Shown here piece by piece: positions 12,191 to 22,326 of a stretch of DNA of 64,000 bases. This DNA comes from Bacilli bacterium (GTDB taxonomy: Bacteria > Bacillota_I > Bacilli_A > RFN20 > CAG-826), in NCBI GenBank assembly GCA_024408095.1, contig JAKSVI010000002.1, positions 2,111-66,110 on the forward strand, in the 5' to 3' direction. Both the position numbers and the translations under genes were made by a program. Numbering within the stretch: position 1 is the first letter of the stretch; every line of letters starts with the position of its first letter. Under the pieces are notes generated by a model. It was given only the letters and a program-made list of their open reading frames with translations, was not told where the DNA came from and made no database searches.

Positions 12191-13438
12191 ATGGATAAAT
12201 TTATTTTATCGTTGAATGTTTTAAAAAACATAATATCTAAAAGAACAACTTTTGCTGTTGCTCTTAAAAATGTTTTTTCATCTAATTTTTTAGAAAAACA
12301 AGATAGAATCGATATCTCAGCTTTAACAGGATGTGTGCTTCGACATTATTTAGTTTTTAATTATTTTTACGAAAAAAATATAAGCACAGATGGTGACGTT
12401 GATGAAAAACATGCAGTATTTTGTTTAATCGCGAACGAACTTTACTTAAAAAGGTTTTCAAAAACCGAAATGGTCAGTGCTTTTAAGAATGTTATAAAAA
12501 ACAATAAGAGCATTTCTCAAATATTAAATCATGCATTGAGCGAACATTTAATACCTGATGATTTAGACAAAAAATCAACCCTGTATCTTTCTTTACGATA
12601 TAACACACCAGAGTGGATTGTCGCAATGTGGCAGAAATACTATGGAATTTTATTAACTATAACTATCTTAAAATCTAATAATAAAACCTCACATTTAACT
12701 GTTTGCCCAAATGAACTCTTAAAAGATAAAACACAAATATTGGCAGAACATGCAAAAATAAAATCTTCTCCTGTTGATGGAATATATATATTTGAAGAAA
12801 AGTTCAATTTTAAAGCTATCCAAAATGACGATTTAACATTATTTCCAATAAAAATGGCAACTAAATTATTATTGGACAAACTAGATATTGATCCATTCAA
12901 AGGCACTGCTATTTTTAGTGCCATTCAAAACAACATGTCTCTTTATTTATATTCAAAATTTGGAAGAGATATTTTATTAGAAAATCTTACAAATAACCAT
13001 CAACATTATCTAAAAGAGATGAGATATGCAAAGAAAATTCAATGTTCTAATACAGAAATTTTTGAAATTCCACACAATCAAATTATTACCTGTTTGTCGA
13101 AAAAAGTTTCTACATTTATTGTGTTACCCAAATCTTCAATGTTCGACTTATTGCGAACAACACCGGATTACTTTTTGAGAACTAATAGAGAAGATTTGGA
13201 TTTCATTATCAAAGAACAATTCGAAACCTTAAGTGAAGCAAGTGAACAAGTTGAGGAAGGTGGAAATCTTGTCTATATGGTTCCAACTTTGAGCAAAAAA
13301 GAGTCTATGGTTGTAATAAATGATTTCTTATCTTCTCATACTGATTTTGTGTTAAAAGAAGAAAAACAATTTTTCCCTTTTGAAGAATATGAATCTTGTT
13401 TATACTATGCAATATTGCATAAAAAGGATTTGTTATGA
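12191..13438 (+). CDS. RsmB/Sun-like protein, apparently catalytically degenerate
   Basis: NusB-like N-terminus and an m5C-methyltransferase-like C-terminus (GGNLVYMVPTLSKKES compared with GGTLVYATCSVLPEEN). It holds the rsmB position upstream of rlmN. Confidence 0.6.
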   Translation: MDKFILSLNVLKNIISKRTTFAVALKNVFSSNFLEKQDRIDISALTGCVLRHYLVFNYFYEKNISTDGDVDEKHAVFCLIANELYLKRFSKTEMVSAFKNVIKNNKSISQILNHALSEHLIPDDLDKKSTLYLSLRYNTPEWIVAMWQKYYGILLTITILKSNNKTSHLTVCPNELLKDKTQILAEHAKIKSSPVDGIYIFEEKFNFKAIQNDDLTLFPIKMATKLLLDKLDIDPFKGTAIFSAIQNNMSLYLYSKFGRDILLENLTNNHQHYLKEMRYAKKIQCSNTEIFEIPHNQIITCLSKKVSTFIVLPKSSMFDLLRTTPDYFLRTNREDLDFIIKEQFETLSEASEQVEEGGNLVYMVPTLSKKESMVVINDFLSSHTDFVLKEEKQFFPFEEYESCLYYAILHKKDLL

Positions 13439-14478
13439 TAAATTTATACGATTTTGAGCATAACAAACTAGAAAAAATTATGCTTGGTGAAGGGCAAAAA
13501 CCGTATAGAGCAACTCAGCTCTTTGTTTGGATGTATGAAAAGAAGGTTTTTTCTTTCGACGAAATGACTGATATTTCGATTAAATTTAGAGATGTATTAA
13601 ATGAAAAATATTGTCTATGGTTGCCTAAAATATTTGCCAAGCAAGTTTCTCAAGACGGGACAATTAAATTACTCTTGGAACTTCATGACGGTAACAAAGT
13701 TGAAACTGTATTGATGCGATATAACTACGGATGTGCGGTATGCGTTTCAAGTCAGGTTGGATGCAATATGGCGTGTTCTTTCTGTTCTAGTGGAACATTA
13801 GGAAAGGTTCGAAACTTAACTCCTGGAGAAATGGTTGGACAAATCATGGTTATCAATCAAATATTAAAGGAAGAAGGCCTCGGCCAGCATGTCACCCATG
13901 TTGTGGTGATGGGCACTGGTGAACCGTTTGATAATTATGAGAATGTTATGGATTTTATTAGAATAATAAATTTTCAAAAAGGATTGGCTATTGGAGCTAG
14001 ACATATTACAGTTTCAACTTGTGGACTAATTGATGGAATTAGAAAATATGCAAAAGAAGGATTGCAAACAAATTTAGCAATTTCTTTACATGCTCCAAAT
14101 GATAAATTGCGTAATGTCTTAATGAAAATAAATAAAGTCTATCCTTTAGAAATGTTAATGTCGGCTGTAAAAGAATATGAATTTGTTGCTGATAGGCGGG
14201 TAACTTATGAATATCTTCTACTAGAAGGCATCAACGATACTAAAGAGTGTGCGAATGAGCTTATTGAATTGATAAAAGGTACAAAAGGATATGTGAATTT
14301 AATTCCATATAATGAAACAAATAAAAACAACTATAAACGTAGTAGCGGAAATAGAGTTCATGCATTTTTGGATTACTTAACAAAAGGTGGCGTCACCGCA
14401 ACGATAAGAAAAGAATTCGGAAGCGATATAGACGCAGCATGTGGACAGTTAAGAGCAAAAGCTGAGGTGAAAATATGA
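13435..14478 (+). CDS. rlmN: 23S rRNA/tRNA (adenine-C2)-methyltransferase, radical SAM
   Basis: CNMACSFCSSG radical-SAM cluster motif and a C-terminal DIDAACGQL motif. Confidence 0.93.
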   Translation: MINLYDFEHNKLEKIMLGEGQKPYRATQLFVWMYEKKVFSFDEMTDISIKFRDVLNEKYCLWLPKIFAKQVSQDGTIKLLLELHDGNKVETVLMRYNYGCAVCVSSQVGCNMACSFCSSGTLGKVRNLTPGEMVGQIMVINQILKEEGLGQHVTHVVVMGTGEPFDNYENVMDFIRIINFQKGLAIGARHITVSTCGLIDGIRKYAKEGLQTNLAISLHAPNDKLRNVLMKINKVYPLEMLMSAVKEYEFVADRRVTYEYLLLEGINDTKECANELIELIKGTKGYVNLIPYNETNKNNYKRSSGNRVHAFLDYLTKGGVTATIRKEFGSDIDAACGQLRAKAEVKI

Positions 14479-15224
14479 GCAATTATTTAACGGGCCATTT
14501 TTGTTATAAGACTGACATAGGAAAAGTGCGCAAAAATAATGAAGATCAGGCAATCGCGTTAGTTAATGGGCGAGGCAATGTTTTGCTTGCGGTTTTTGAT
14601 GGGATGGGTGGTGAAAATAAAGGTGAGGTTGCTTCAAAGATTGCTCGAGACGTCTTAAAGCAAGAATTTGAAAAAAAATCCAGGTTTTGCAACGTTTTTG
14701 ATATAAAACATTGGATAAAATCAACAATCAAAAAAGCAAACACTCTTATTTATAACGAGTCATTAAAAGACATTTCTAACAATGGAATGGGAACAACTTT
14801 AACGCTATGTTTAATTATAAAAAACCATAAATATTTAGCTCAAATTGGAGATTCTCGAGCGTATCAACTTAAAGAAGGCCAATTAGAACAATTAACTGAA
14901 GATCAATCATATGTTGCTTACTTATATCGTACTGGTCAAATTAAAAAAAGCGATATAGAAACGCACCCAGATCGACATGTGCTTTTAAATGCTCTTGGTG
15001 TTTATCCAAGTTGCTCTATAGATTTGAAAAATTCCATTTATGATTTTAATAGAATTTTGTTATGTAGCGATGGTTTATATAATAATGTTTCTTTAAAAAA
15101 TATTGAATCGATTTTAAAAGGTGATGACACCGTTGAAGAAAAAGTAGCAGAACTCATCCATATTGCTAATAAAAATGGTGGAAGCGATAATATGGCTGTT
15201 GTTATTTGGGAGGCCATTAGATAA
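14475..15224 (+). CDS. prpC: PP2C-family Ser/Thr protein phosphatase
   Basis: NEDQ, FDGMGG and GGSDNMAVV motifs; paired with the kinase gene. Confidence 0.9.
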   Translation: MSNYLTGHFCYKTDIGKVRKNNEDQAIALVNGRGNVLLAVFDGMGGENKGEVASKIARDVLKQEFEKKSRFCNVFDIKHWIKSTIKKANTLIYNESLKDISNNGMGTTLTLCLIIKNHKYLAQIGDSRAYQLKEGQLEQLTEDQSYVAYLYRTGQIKKSDIETHPDRHVLLNALGVYPSCSIDLKNSIYDFNRILLCSDGLYNNVSLKNIESILKGDDTVEEKVAELIHIANKNGGSDNMAVVIWEAIR

Positions 15225-16111
15225 TGCCTATTGCAACAGGAACATTAATAGATGGTCGCTACAAAATTGAAAACCGTATCGGCCAAGGTGGAATGGCTGA
15301 AGTCTTTTTAGCAACTGATATCATTAGCAAAAAATCGGTGGCAATAAAAGTAATTAAATTAGATGTGATGGATAATCCTGTGAATTTGAAAAGGTTTCAA
15401 AACGAAACAACAATTGCCGCAAGCCTAAATCATCCAAACATCATAAAAGTATTGGATCAGGGGACCTTTGATAATAGGCCCTATATAGTTCAGGAATATA
15501 TCTCTGGTCAAAATTTAAAATTAATATTGGACTCTCGTGGTATGCTTCCTATAAGCGAAGCTGTTGATTGTATGCTTCAATTATTAGGCGCACTAAATTA
15601 TGCACATCAACATAATGTTGTCCATCGTGATATTAAACCAGATAATATTTTTCTTCTTTCTAATGGTACGTTAAAACTAGGTGATTTTGGTATTGCTATC
15701 GCCGATACGTTAGATATAAAGCAAACAGTAAATAGTGACAAAATTGTTGGAAGTGTTTGTTATATGGCACCTGAGATAGCAACTGGTGGATTGGCTACTA
15801 ATTTAAGTGACATATATTCTGCAGGAATTACATTTTTTGAATTAGTAACTGGTCGTGTACCATTTTCAAAGAAAAATGCTGTTGAAACTGTCGTTGCTCA
15901 AATACATGATAAATTCCCATCTCCAAAAAAAATTAATCCAAATATCAGCAAAGATATTGAGAAGATTATATTTAAAGCAACAATGAAAAAGCCTGGAGAT
16001 CGATATCAAACGGTGAAAGAATTTTATGATGATTTATTTTTTGTTAAAATAAATGGCACAAAAGACGTTAAAAAAGGAATGCTTTCACGCATATTTGGTT
16101 TTAAATCATGA
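15224..16111 (+). CDS. prkC: Hanks-type Ser/Thr protein kinase, kinase domain only
   Basis: GQGGMAEV, VAIK, HRDIKPDN, DFG and APE motifs. At 295 aa it has no TM segment and no PASTA repeats. Confidence 0.9.
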   Translation: MPIATGTLIDGRYKIENRIGQGGMAEVFLATDIISKKSVAIKVIKLDVMDNPVNLKRFQNETTIAASLNHPNIIKVLDQGTFDNRPYIVQEYISGQNLKLILDSRGMLPISEAVDCMLQLLGALNYAHQHNVVHRDIKPDNIFLLSNGTLKLGDFGIAIADTLDIKQTVNSDKIVGSVCYMAPEIATGGLATNLSDIYSAGITFFELVTGRVPFSKKNAVETVVAQIHDKFPSPKKINPNISKDIEKIIFKATMKKPGDRYQTVKEFYDDLFFVKINGTKDVKKGMLSRIFGFKS

Positions 16112-16959
16112 AGGGTTTGGTTGTTTCTGTAAAATATAGTGTTTATGCCGTAATGTGCGACGGGGTAATTTTTAATGTTCCTGCACGAGGGCTATTTAAA
16201 AAAGAAAAATTTAGAATAGCTGTTGGCGACTATGTTGATTTAGATGATGAAAAATTAGTTATTCGCGATATTTATTCAAGAAAATCTGAGTTAATAAGGC
16301 CATGCATCGCTAACATAGATCAGATTCTTATAGTTTTATCTATTAAAGAGCCAGAATTTTCGCCTCATCTTGCTTTGAAATATTTAACGTATGCTAATGC
16401 AAATAACATTCCATCATATTTGATTATTACAAAAGTTGATACAGAAAAAGAATTGTCTCAATATAGGAGAATTGCTGAGGATTTTGAAAAACTTGGTATT
16501 AAAGTTTTACCAATTTCAAATAAAAATAATGTTGGCATAAAAGAAGTTAGTTCGTTGTTTTCAAACAATATTACAGTTCTTATTGGGCAATCTGGTGTCG
16601 GGAAAAGTTCTATATTAAATTCAATAGATGAAAAATATGAAAGACAAATCGGTGAATATTCCGTTGCTTTAGGAAGAGGAAAACACGAAACAAAGGAAGT
16701 AATTTTGTTACCATATAATGGTGGTTATATTGCTGACACACCTGGTTTTTCATCACTCGATTTAAACCTGTCTAGAATTGAAATTGCTAGGTATTTTCCT
16801 GGGTTTGATAAATATTTTGGCAAATGTTTTTTTTCAAATTGTTTGCATATGTCTGAGAAAAATTGTGCTATAAAAGCTGCTTTAGAAAATAACGAAATAG
16901 ATGTTTCTATTTATAATGAATATATAAAATTATTATCGGAAAGTGAGAAAAAATTATGA
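16108..16959 (+). CDS. rsgA: ribosome small-subunit-dependent GTPase A
   Basis: Circularly permuted GTPase (TKVD, then GQSGVGKSS) with a C-terminal Cys/His zinc motif. Confidence 0.9.
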   Translation: MKGLVVSVKYSVYAVMCDGVIFNVPARGLFKKEKFRIAVGDYVDLDDEKLVIRDIYSRKSELIRPCIANIDQILIVLSIKEPEFSPHLALKYLTYANANNIPSYLIITKVDTEKELSQYRRIAEDFEKLGIKVLPISNKNNVGIKEVSSLFSNNITVLIGQSGVGKSSILNSIDEKYERQIGEYSVALGRGKHETKEVILLPYNGGYIADTPGFSSLDLNLSRIEIARYFPGFDKYFGKCFFSNCLHMSEKNCAIKAALENNEIDVSIYNEYIKLLSESEKKL

Positions 16960-17612
16960 AAACTATTATTGCACCGTCATTGTTAAGCGCGGACTTCACT
17001 AATTTAGATAGTGAAATTACAAAAATGGAGAATGCTGGAGCTGATTGGTTACATTTTGATGTCATGGACGGGCACTTTGTCCCTAACATATCTTTTGGTG
17101 TCCCGGTTTTAAAAAGTATTAAGGGTAAATTTAATCTAATTAATGATGTTCATATCATGATTTCTGATCCGTATTTTTATGCAAGTAAATTTATTAAAGC
17201 TGGTGCACAAATTTTAACCTTCCATTATGAAGCTTGCAAAAATGATAATGACGTATTTAGGACTATTGATTTAATCCACTCTTATGGCGCAAAAGCCGGA
17301 CTTTCTATTAAGCCAGGCACGCCAATATTTAAAATATTTCCATTCTTATATTCTTTGGATTTGGTTTTAATTATGTCTGTAGAACCAGGCTTTGGTGGCC
17401 AGGCTTTCATAGAAGATAGTATTGATAAAATTGCCATATTGAGTAAAAAGATTAAACAAAATAATATTAAGTGTTTAATTGAAGTTGATGGTGGCATAAA
17501 TGGCGAAACAGGAAAAAAATGTGTTGAAGCAGGTGCAAATATTCTTGTTGCGGGATCATATTTGTTTGGTCATGATGATGTTGAAGAAAGAATTAATAAG
17601 TTAAAATTATGA
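16956..17612 (+). CDS. rpe: ribulose-phosphate 3-epimerase
   Basis: APSLLSADF, HFDVMDGHFVPN, VEPGFGGQ and VDGG motifs. Confidence 0.93.
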   Translation: MKTIIAPSLLSADFTNLDSEITKMENAGADWLHFDVMDGHFVPNISFGVPVLKSIKGKFNLINDVHIMISDPYFYASKFIKAGAQILTFHYEACKNDNDVFRTIDLIHSYGAKAGLSIKPGTPIFKIFPFLYSLDLVLIMSVEPGFGGQAFIEDSIDKIAILSKKIKQNNIKCLIEVDGGINGETGKKCVEAGANILVAGSYLFGHDDVEERINKLKL

Positions 17613-18277
17613 CTTTTATTCTATTGGGTTTATTTATCGCTTCTTTGTTTCTTTTCTCTTTATTCATTTTTATGTCTAAAAGGATATTTAGAATTCGCAA
17701 TAATGAGAAGTATAAATTGAGAAATTTTTTCCCTTACGAAATAAATGAAAAATGTGGATTTAAAACCAATTTTGCTGCAAATTCCGCATTAATTCTATCA
17801 ATTTGTTTTTCAATTGTTTTATTTTTACTAGTTTCAATATATAGTCGATATGCCTTGTTAATATTTGGGTGTGTTACTGCTTGTATAGCCACCATAATTT
17901 TTGGGATATTGACAAATGTGCCACTTTCAATGCTAAAACAACACCTAGCTCTCGTAAGCATTATGGCGGTAACAAGTCTAATGTGCCCATTAGCTGTTCT
18001 TTTGGACTCAATTAGAATGCTTAAAATAATTGAAGATTCGCCCATTCCCATATTGTCAATCATTTTCACATCAATATCAGCATTGTTTGTAATTGTATTG
18101 TTATTTAATCCAAAGCTTTTATCATGGGCAAAGTTAACAGAAAATAACGATGCAAATGGCGAAATTGTTTTTTCAAGACCAAAAATATCCCCATTGGCTC
18201 TTACAGAATGGTTAATAATGTTTAATATTTTATTTAATGAAATAATATTGGTTGTTTATTCATTGATACGTTTATAA
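17609..18277 (+). CDS. hypothetical polytopic membrane protein
   Basis: About 6 hydrophobic segments. ATGA overlap with rpe suggests co-transcription. Confidence 0.5.
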   Translation: MTFILLGLFIASLFLFSLFIFMSKRIFRIRNNEKYKLRNFFPYEINEKCGFKTNFAANSALILSICFSIVLFLLVSIYSRYALLIFGCVTACIATIIFGILTNVPLSMLKQHLALVSIMAVTSLMCPLAVLLDSIRMLKIIEDSPIPILSIIFTSISALFVIVLLFNPKLLSWAKLTENNDANGEIVFSRPKISPLALTEWLIMFNILFNEIILVVYSLIRL

Positions 18278-18306
18278 AAAAAATAACGCATAGCGTTATT
18301 CTTTTA
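18276..18306. terminator. bidirectional rho-independent terminator
   Basis: AATAACGC / GCGTTATT stem flanked by an A-run and a T-run, between convergent genes. Confidence 0.75.
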
Positions 18307-18318
18307 TGATACGTTTTC

Positions 18319-18510
18319 TTAATCTTTGACTGTTTTGGTGAGGCTTCTATAAGCACGTGTAGACATTCTAACGCGTGTTTCTTTACCATCGACCACGACA
18401 GTGCGGTATTGAAGATTAGTTCCCCATTTGCGGCGTGTAGCTCTCAAAGAATGTGAACGATTATTACCGCTCATTGGTCCTTTGCCTGTAACTGGACATA
18501 CTCTTGACAT
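18319..18510 (-). CDS. rpmB: 50S ribosomal protein L28
   Basis: [21 protein letters not shown] start and 63 aa length. Confidence 0.95.
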   Translation of the reverse strand: MSRVCPVTGKGPMSGNNRSHSLRATRRKWGTNLQYRTVVVDGKETRVRMSTRAYRSLTKTVKD

Positions 18511-18581
18511 ATCGTAGCCTCCTTTTAAGTTGCCGAATTATGTTATCATAATCAGCCGTTTCTATCAATACAATTTTATTA

Positions 18582-19028
18582 TCAAAGTTTGATATTAGGA
18601 AATCTTCTATCAAATTCTTCTTTACTAATGAGGTTTTTTGATTCAGAAATAATAGTGCTTAATAATATCTTTTTGTTGTCACCGATGAGATATTTAGAAT
18701 GACCTTTTATAGTATAAAAACATATTATATTTTTCTTTTGGCTTTGTTCTTGATCAACATAAAGAATTTCACTAAAAAAATAAATAAATTCTTTCGAAAA
18801 CCTTTTAAATTTCACATATTTTCTTGTAATTTCATAATAATTGTTTTGGTAAATTACTATATAAAAAATAGAAATTATTAAAGTATATGCTCCAATAATT
18901 GTAGGTTGTATCCATGTCCATGGAGATATAAAAATTCTAAGTAGTGTTAAAAACAATATAATCAATATCACAAAATAAATAATTGTGTAATAAAACATCA
19001 TTTTTTTAAGAGATAGTTTAATTTTCAT
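18582..19028 (-). CDS. hypothetical membrane protein (two TM helices plus a possible bacterial PH-like domain)
   Basis: Hydrophobic N-terminal hairpin. The start at ATG 19028 (MKIKLSL) is preferred but uncertain. Confidence 0.4.
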   Translation of the reverse strand: MKIKLSLKKMMFYYTIIYFVILIILFLTLLRIFISPWTWIQPTIIGAYTLIISIFYIVIYQNNYYEITRKYVKFKRFSKEFIYFFSEILYVDQEQSQKKNIICFYTIKGHSKYLIGDNKKILLSTIISESKNLISKEEFDRRFPNIKL

Positions 19029-19142
19029 GTTAATAATTATACATATTTTTGGCGACACTAACCACATTTATTATACACACGAGCGTGCATGAGTGTATAA
19101 TATGTATAAGTATGCGCATATTGAGCATGCAGGAGTAAATTT

Positions 19143-21548
19143 ATGGGATACGATTATCAAAAAATTGAACAAAAATGGAGAAAACGTTGGGAAGATGAAA
19201 AATGTTTTCAATGTGATACATACGATTTTTCCAAACCCAAATACTATATTTTGGATATGTTTCCATATCCTAGTGGACAAGGATTACATGTTGGACACCC
19301 AGAAGGTTATACCGCGAGTGATGTTGTTGCTAGAATGAAACGCATGCAAGGATTCAATGTTTTGCATCCTATAGGATGGGATTCATTTGGCCTTCCTGCA
19401 GAACAATATGCAATGAAAACTAATCAGCATCCAAGCATAATAACTAAAGTTAATATCGATCATTTTCGTGAACAAATTAAATCTTTAGGCTTTTCTTATG
19501 ATTGGGCTAGAGAATTTGCTACCAGCGATCCAACATATTATAAATGGACTCAATTTATATTTTTAAAATTATATGAAAATAATTTGGCATACATTGATTA
19601 TAGACCTGTCAATTTTTGTCCTGAATTAGGTACAGTCTTGGCTAATGAAGAAGTAATTGATGGGAAAAGCGAAGTTGGTGGTTTTCCTGTTGTCAGAAAA
19701 CAAATGAGACAATGGGTCTTAAAAATTACTGATTATGCTGATAAATTACTTGATGGCCTTGATGGCCTTGATTGGCCAGCTTCTACTCTTGATATGCAAA
19801 GAAACTGGATTGGTAGAAGTGAAGGAGCAAAAATTTGCTTTAAAGTTAAAGACACAGATAAGAAATTTTATGTTTTCACCACTCGTGTAGATACATTATA
19901 TGGTTGTTCTTATTGTGTTTTGGCACCCGAACACTCTTTAGTTAAAGAGATAACTGCCAAAGAACAAGAGTTTGATGTACTAAAATATTTAAAAGAAATA
20001 GAATCAAAAAGCGATTTAGAAAGAACTGAATTAAACAAAGATAAAACTGGTGTATTTACTGGTTCTTTTGCTATTAATCCGATTAATGGAAAAGCAGTTC
20101 CGATTTATATTGCGGATTATGTTTTAGGTTCATATGGAACCGGCGCTGTTATGGCTGTTCCAGCCCACGATGATAGAGATTATGCATTTGCAAAAAAATA
20201 TAATTTACCTATTAATCAAGTTTTAGAAGGAGATATTTCATCTTCCGCAATGACTGGCGATGCAAAACACATAAATAGTGATATTGCCGATGGTTTGCTA
20301 ATAAAAGATGCTAAAAAAGTAATATTAAATAAGCTTATCGAAGATGGTTCTGGTTCAGTACAAGTAAATTACAAATTACGTGATTGGCTTTTCTCTAGGC
20401 AACGTTACTGGGGTGAACCTATTCCAGTCATTATAAAAGATAATGATGAATTAGTACCTTTAACTGAAAAAGATTTACCTTTAACTTTACCTGAAATGAA
20501 AGAATATAAACCAAGTGGAACAGGCGAATCACCTTTAGTACATGCAAAAGAGTGGCTAAATGTTTTGTTACCTGATGGTTCACATGGACTAAGAGAGACA
20601 AACACAATGCCTCAATGGGCAGGATCTTGTTGGTATTATCTGAGATATATAGATCCGCACAACGATAAAGAATTGGGCGATAAAAAATTATTAGATCATT
20701 GGCTTCCTGTTGATTTATATATTGGTGGAGCCGAACATGCTGTTCTTCATCTTTTATATGCACGTTTCTGGCATAAATTTTTATATGATCAGGGTTATGT
20801 TTCTTGCAGAGAACCATTTAAAAAATTGTTTCATCAAGGCATGATTCTTGGTTCAAATGGCGAAAAAATGAGCAAATCACGTGGCAATGTCGTTAATCCT
20901 GATGATGTTGTTGCAAAATTCGGCGCTGATAGTCTAAGACTTTACGAAATGTTTATGGGCCCATTAGAAGCAAGCTTGCCATGGAGCGATAGTGGCCTTG
21001 ATGGGGCTAAAAGATATTTAGATCGTGTATATAGATTATTCACTGAGGAAGAGTACATATCAAAATTCACTAATGAAAATGATGGAAAACTTGATTACAT
21101 TTATAATGTAACCGTTAAAAAAGTTACAGAAGATTTTGAACATTTACAGTTTAATACCGCAATAAGCGCCCTAATGGTTTTAACGAATGAATTTTATAAA
21201 GCAAATTCTCTTTATATTCCTTATCTTGAAGGCTTTGTTAAGATGTTAGATTGTATTTCACCACATTTAGGAGAAGAGTTATGGTCATTATTAGGGCATA
21301 AAAATGTTATTGTTTACGAATCATGGCCAAAATTTGATGAAACTAAGACTGTCTTAAATACTGTCAACATAGCAGTATCCGTCAATGGAAAACTGCGTGC
21401 AACAATTGAAGTTGAAAAAGATATGAATGAAGAAGAGCTTAAAAAGCTTGCCTTAGAACAAGAGGGAGTGCAAAGACATATTAGCGATAAAGAAATCAAA
21501 AAAATAATTGTCGTGAAAAACAAAATCGTTAATATCGTAGTTGGTTAA
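19143..21548 (+). CDS. leuS: leucine--tRNA ligase
   Basis: HVGH (HIGH) and KMSKS motifs, 801 aa, RBS AGGAG. Confidence 0.97.
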   Translation: MGYDYQKIEQKWRKRWEDEKCFQCDTYDFSKPKYYILDMFPYPSGQGLHVGHPEGYTASDVVARMKRMQGFNVLHPIGWDSFGLPAEQYAMKTNQHPSIITKVNIDHFREQIKSLGFSYDWAREFATSDPTYYKWTQFIFLKLYENNLAYIDYRPVNFCPELGTVLANEEVIDGKSEVGGFPVVRKQMRQWVLKITDYADKLLDGLDGLDWPASTLDMQRNWIGRSEGAKICFKVKDTDKKFYVFTTRVDTLYGCSYCVLAPEHSLVKEITAKEQEFDVLKYLKEIESKSDLERTELNKDKTGVFTGSFAINPINGKAVPIYIADYVLGSYGTGAVMAVPAHDDRDYAFAKKYNLPINQVLEGDISSSAMTGDAKHINSDIADGLLIKDAKKVILNKLIEDGSGSVQVNYKLRDWLFSRQRYWGEPIPVIIKDNDELVPLTEKDLPLTLPEMKEYKPSGTGESPLVHAKEWLNVLLPDGSHGLRETNTMPQWAGSCWYYLRYIDPHNDKELGDKKLLDHWLPVDLYIGGAEHAVLHLLYARFWHKFLYDQGYVSCREPFKKLFHQGMILGSNGEKMSKSRGNVVNPDDVVAKFGADSLRLYEMFMGPLEASLPWSDSGLDGAKRYLDRVYRLFTEEEYISKFTNENDGKLDYIYNVTVKKVTEDFEHLQFNTAISALMVLTNEFYKANSLYIPYLEGFVKMLDCISPHLGEELWSLLGHKNVIVYESWPKFDETKTVLNTVNIAVSVNGKLRATIEVEKDMNEEELKKLALEQEGVQRHISDKEIKKIIVVKNKIVNIVVG

Positions 21549-21549
21549 T

Positions 21550-22308
21550 ATGAGACTTTGTATTGATGTTGGAAATACAACAATAGATGTTGGAATATTT
21601 TATAAAAATTTACTAAAAGAAAAATTTATCTTTAATACAAATAATAAACTTACCACAGATGAACTTTATTTTTCACTCAAGCAAATATTGACTGATGAAT
21701 ATTTGAATAATATTAACGAAGCGGTTATCGCTTCTGTTGTGCCTTCTTTAAATACGCCTTTAGTTAATGCGATAAATAAGTTAGTGAAGGTTAAAATACT
21801 CTTTATCAATTCACAAATTAATACTGGGCTTGATATGATGGTTGATAACCCCAATGAAGTCGGAGCAGATTTGGTAGCAGATTTGGTTTCAACTAAAGAA
21901 ATATATGGCTTTCCATCATTAATTGCTGATTTAGGAACCGCGACCAAGTTGATGCTTCTTGATAAAAATGGTGTTTTTAACTCCTGTGTAATTATTCCTG
22001 GACTTTCTTTGGGGCTTGACGCAATAACTAAAACTGCCGCGTTATTATCTGAAACTGCATTAGAAAATCCAACCTCACTTAAAGATAGTAAAAACACAAA
22101 TCGTGCGATTGTTAATGGTGTTATATATTCGCATATTGATACATTGGTTGGTATGGCCAAACGATACGAAAATGAATTGGGATATCCGCTTAAATTAATT
22201 TTGACGGGCGGCAATGCTGTTTACGTAAAAGATTTATTAAATAATTTTATTTATGATGAGAATCTTTGCCTCACGGGAATCAATGATATTGCGGAATTAA
22301 ATTTATAA
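21550..22308 (+). CDS. coaX: type III pantothenate kinase
   Basis: MRLCIDVGNTTIDVGIF start (ASKHA fold). I chose the ATG at 21550, just after the leuS stop. Confidence 0.9.
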   Translation: MRLCIDVGNTTIDVGIFYKNLLKEKFIFNTNNKLTTDELYFSLKQILTDEYLNNINEAVIASVVPSLNTPLVNAINKLVKVKILFINSQINTGLDMMVDNPNEVGADLVADLVSTKEIYGFPSLIADLGTATKLMLLDKNGVFNSCVIIPGLSLGLDAITKTAALLSETALENPTSLKDSKNTNRAIVNGVIYSHIDTLVGMAKRYENELGYPLKLILTGGNAVYVKDLLNNFIYDENLCLTGINDIAELNL

Positions 22309-22326
22309 TAAAATAGGAGAAAATAT

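Noticed and set aside
19071-19142. Hairpin TTATACAC...GTGTATAA and palindrome TATGCGCATA upstream of leuS, considered as a T-box or attenuator.
   Set aside because: The leader is only 75 nt, with no T-box consensus and no U-run terminator. The hairpin overlaps an extended -10 (TGTATAAT) and may simply be promoter context.
21666-22214. 182-aa ORF antisense to coaX.
   Set aside because: It lies entirely inside a well-supported CDS. Its Ser/Pro/Thr-rich, low-complexity translation is typical of the reverse complement of a real gene. It has no SD and no recognisable motif.
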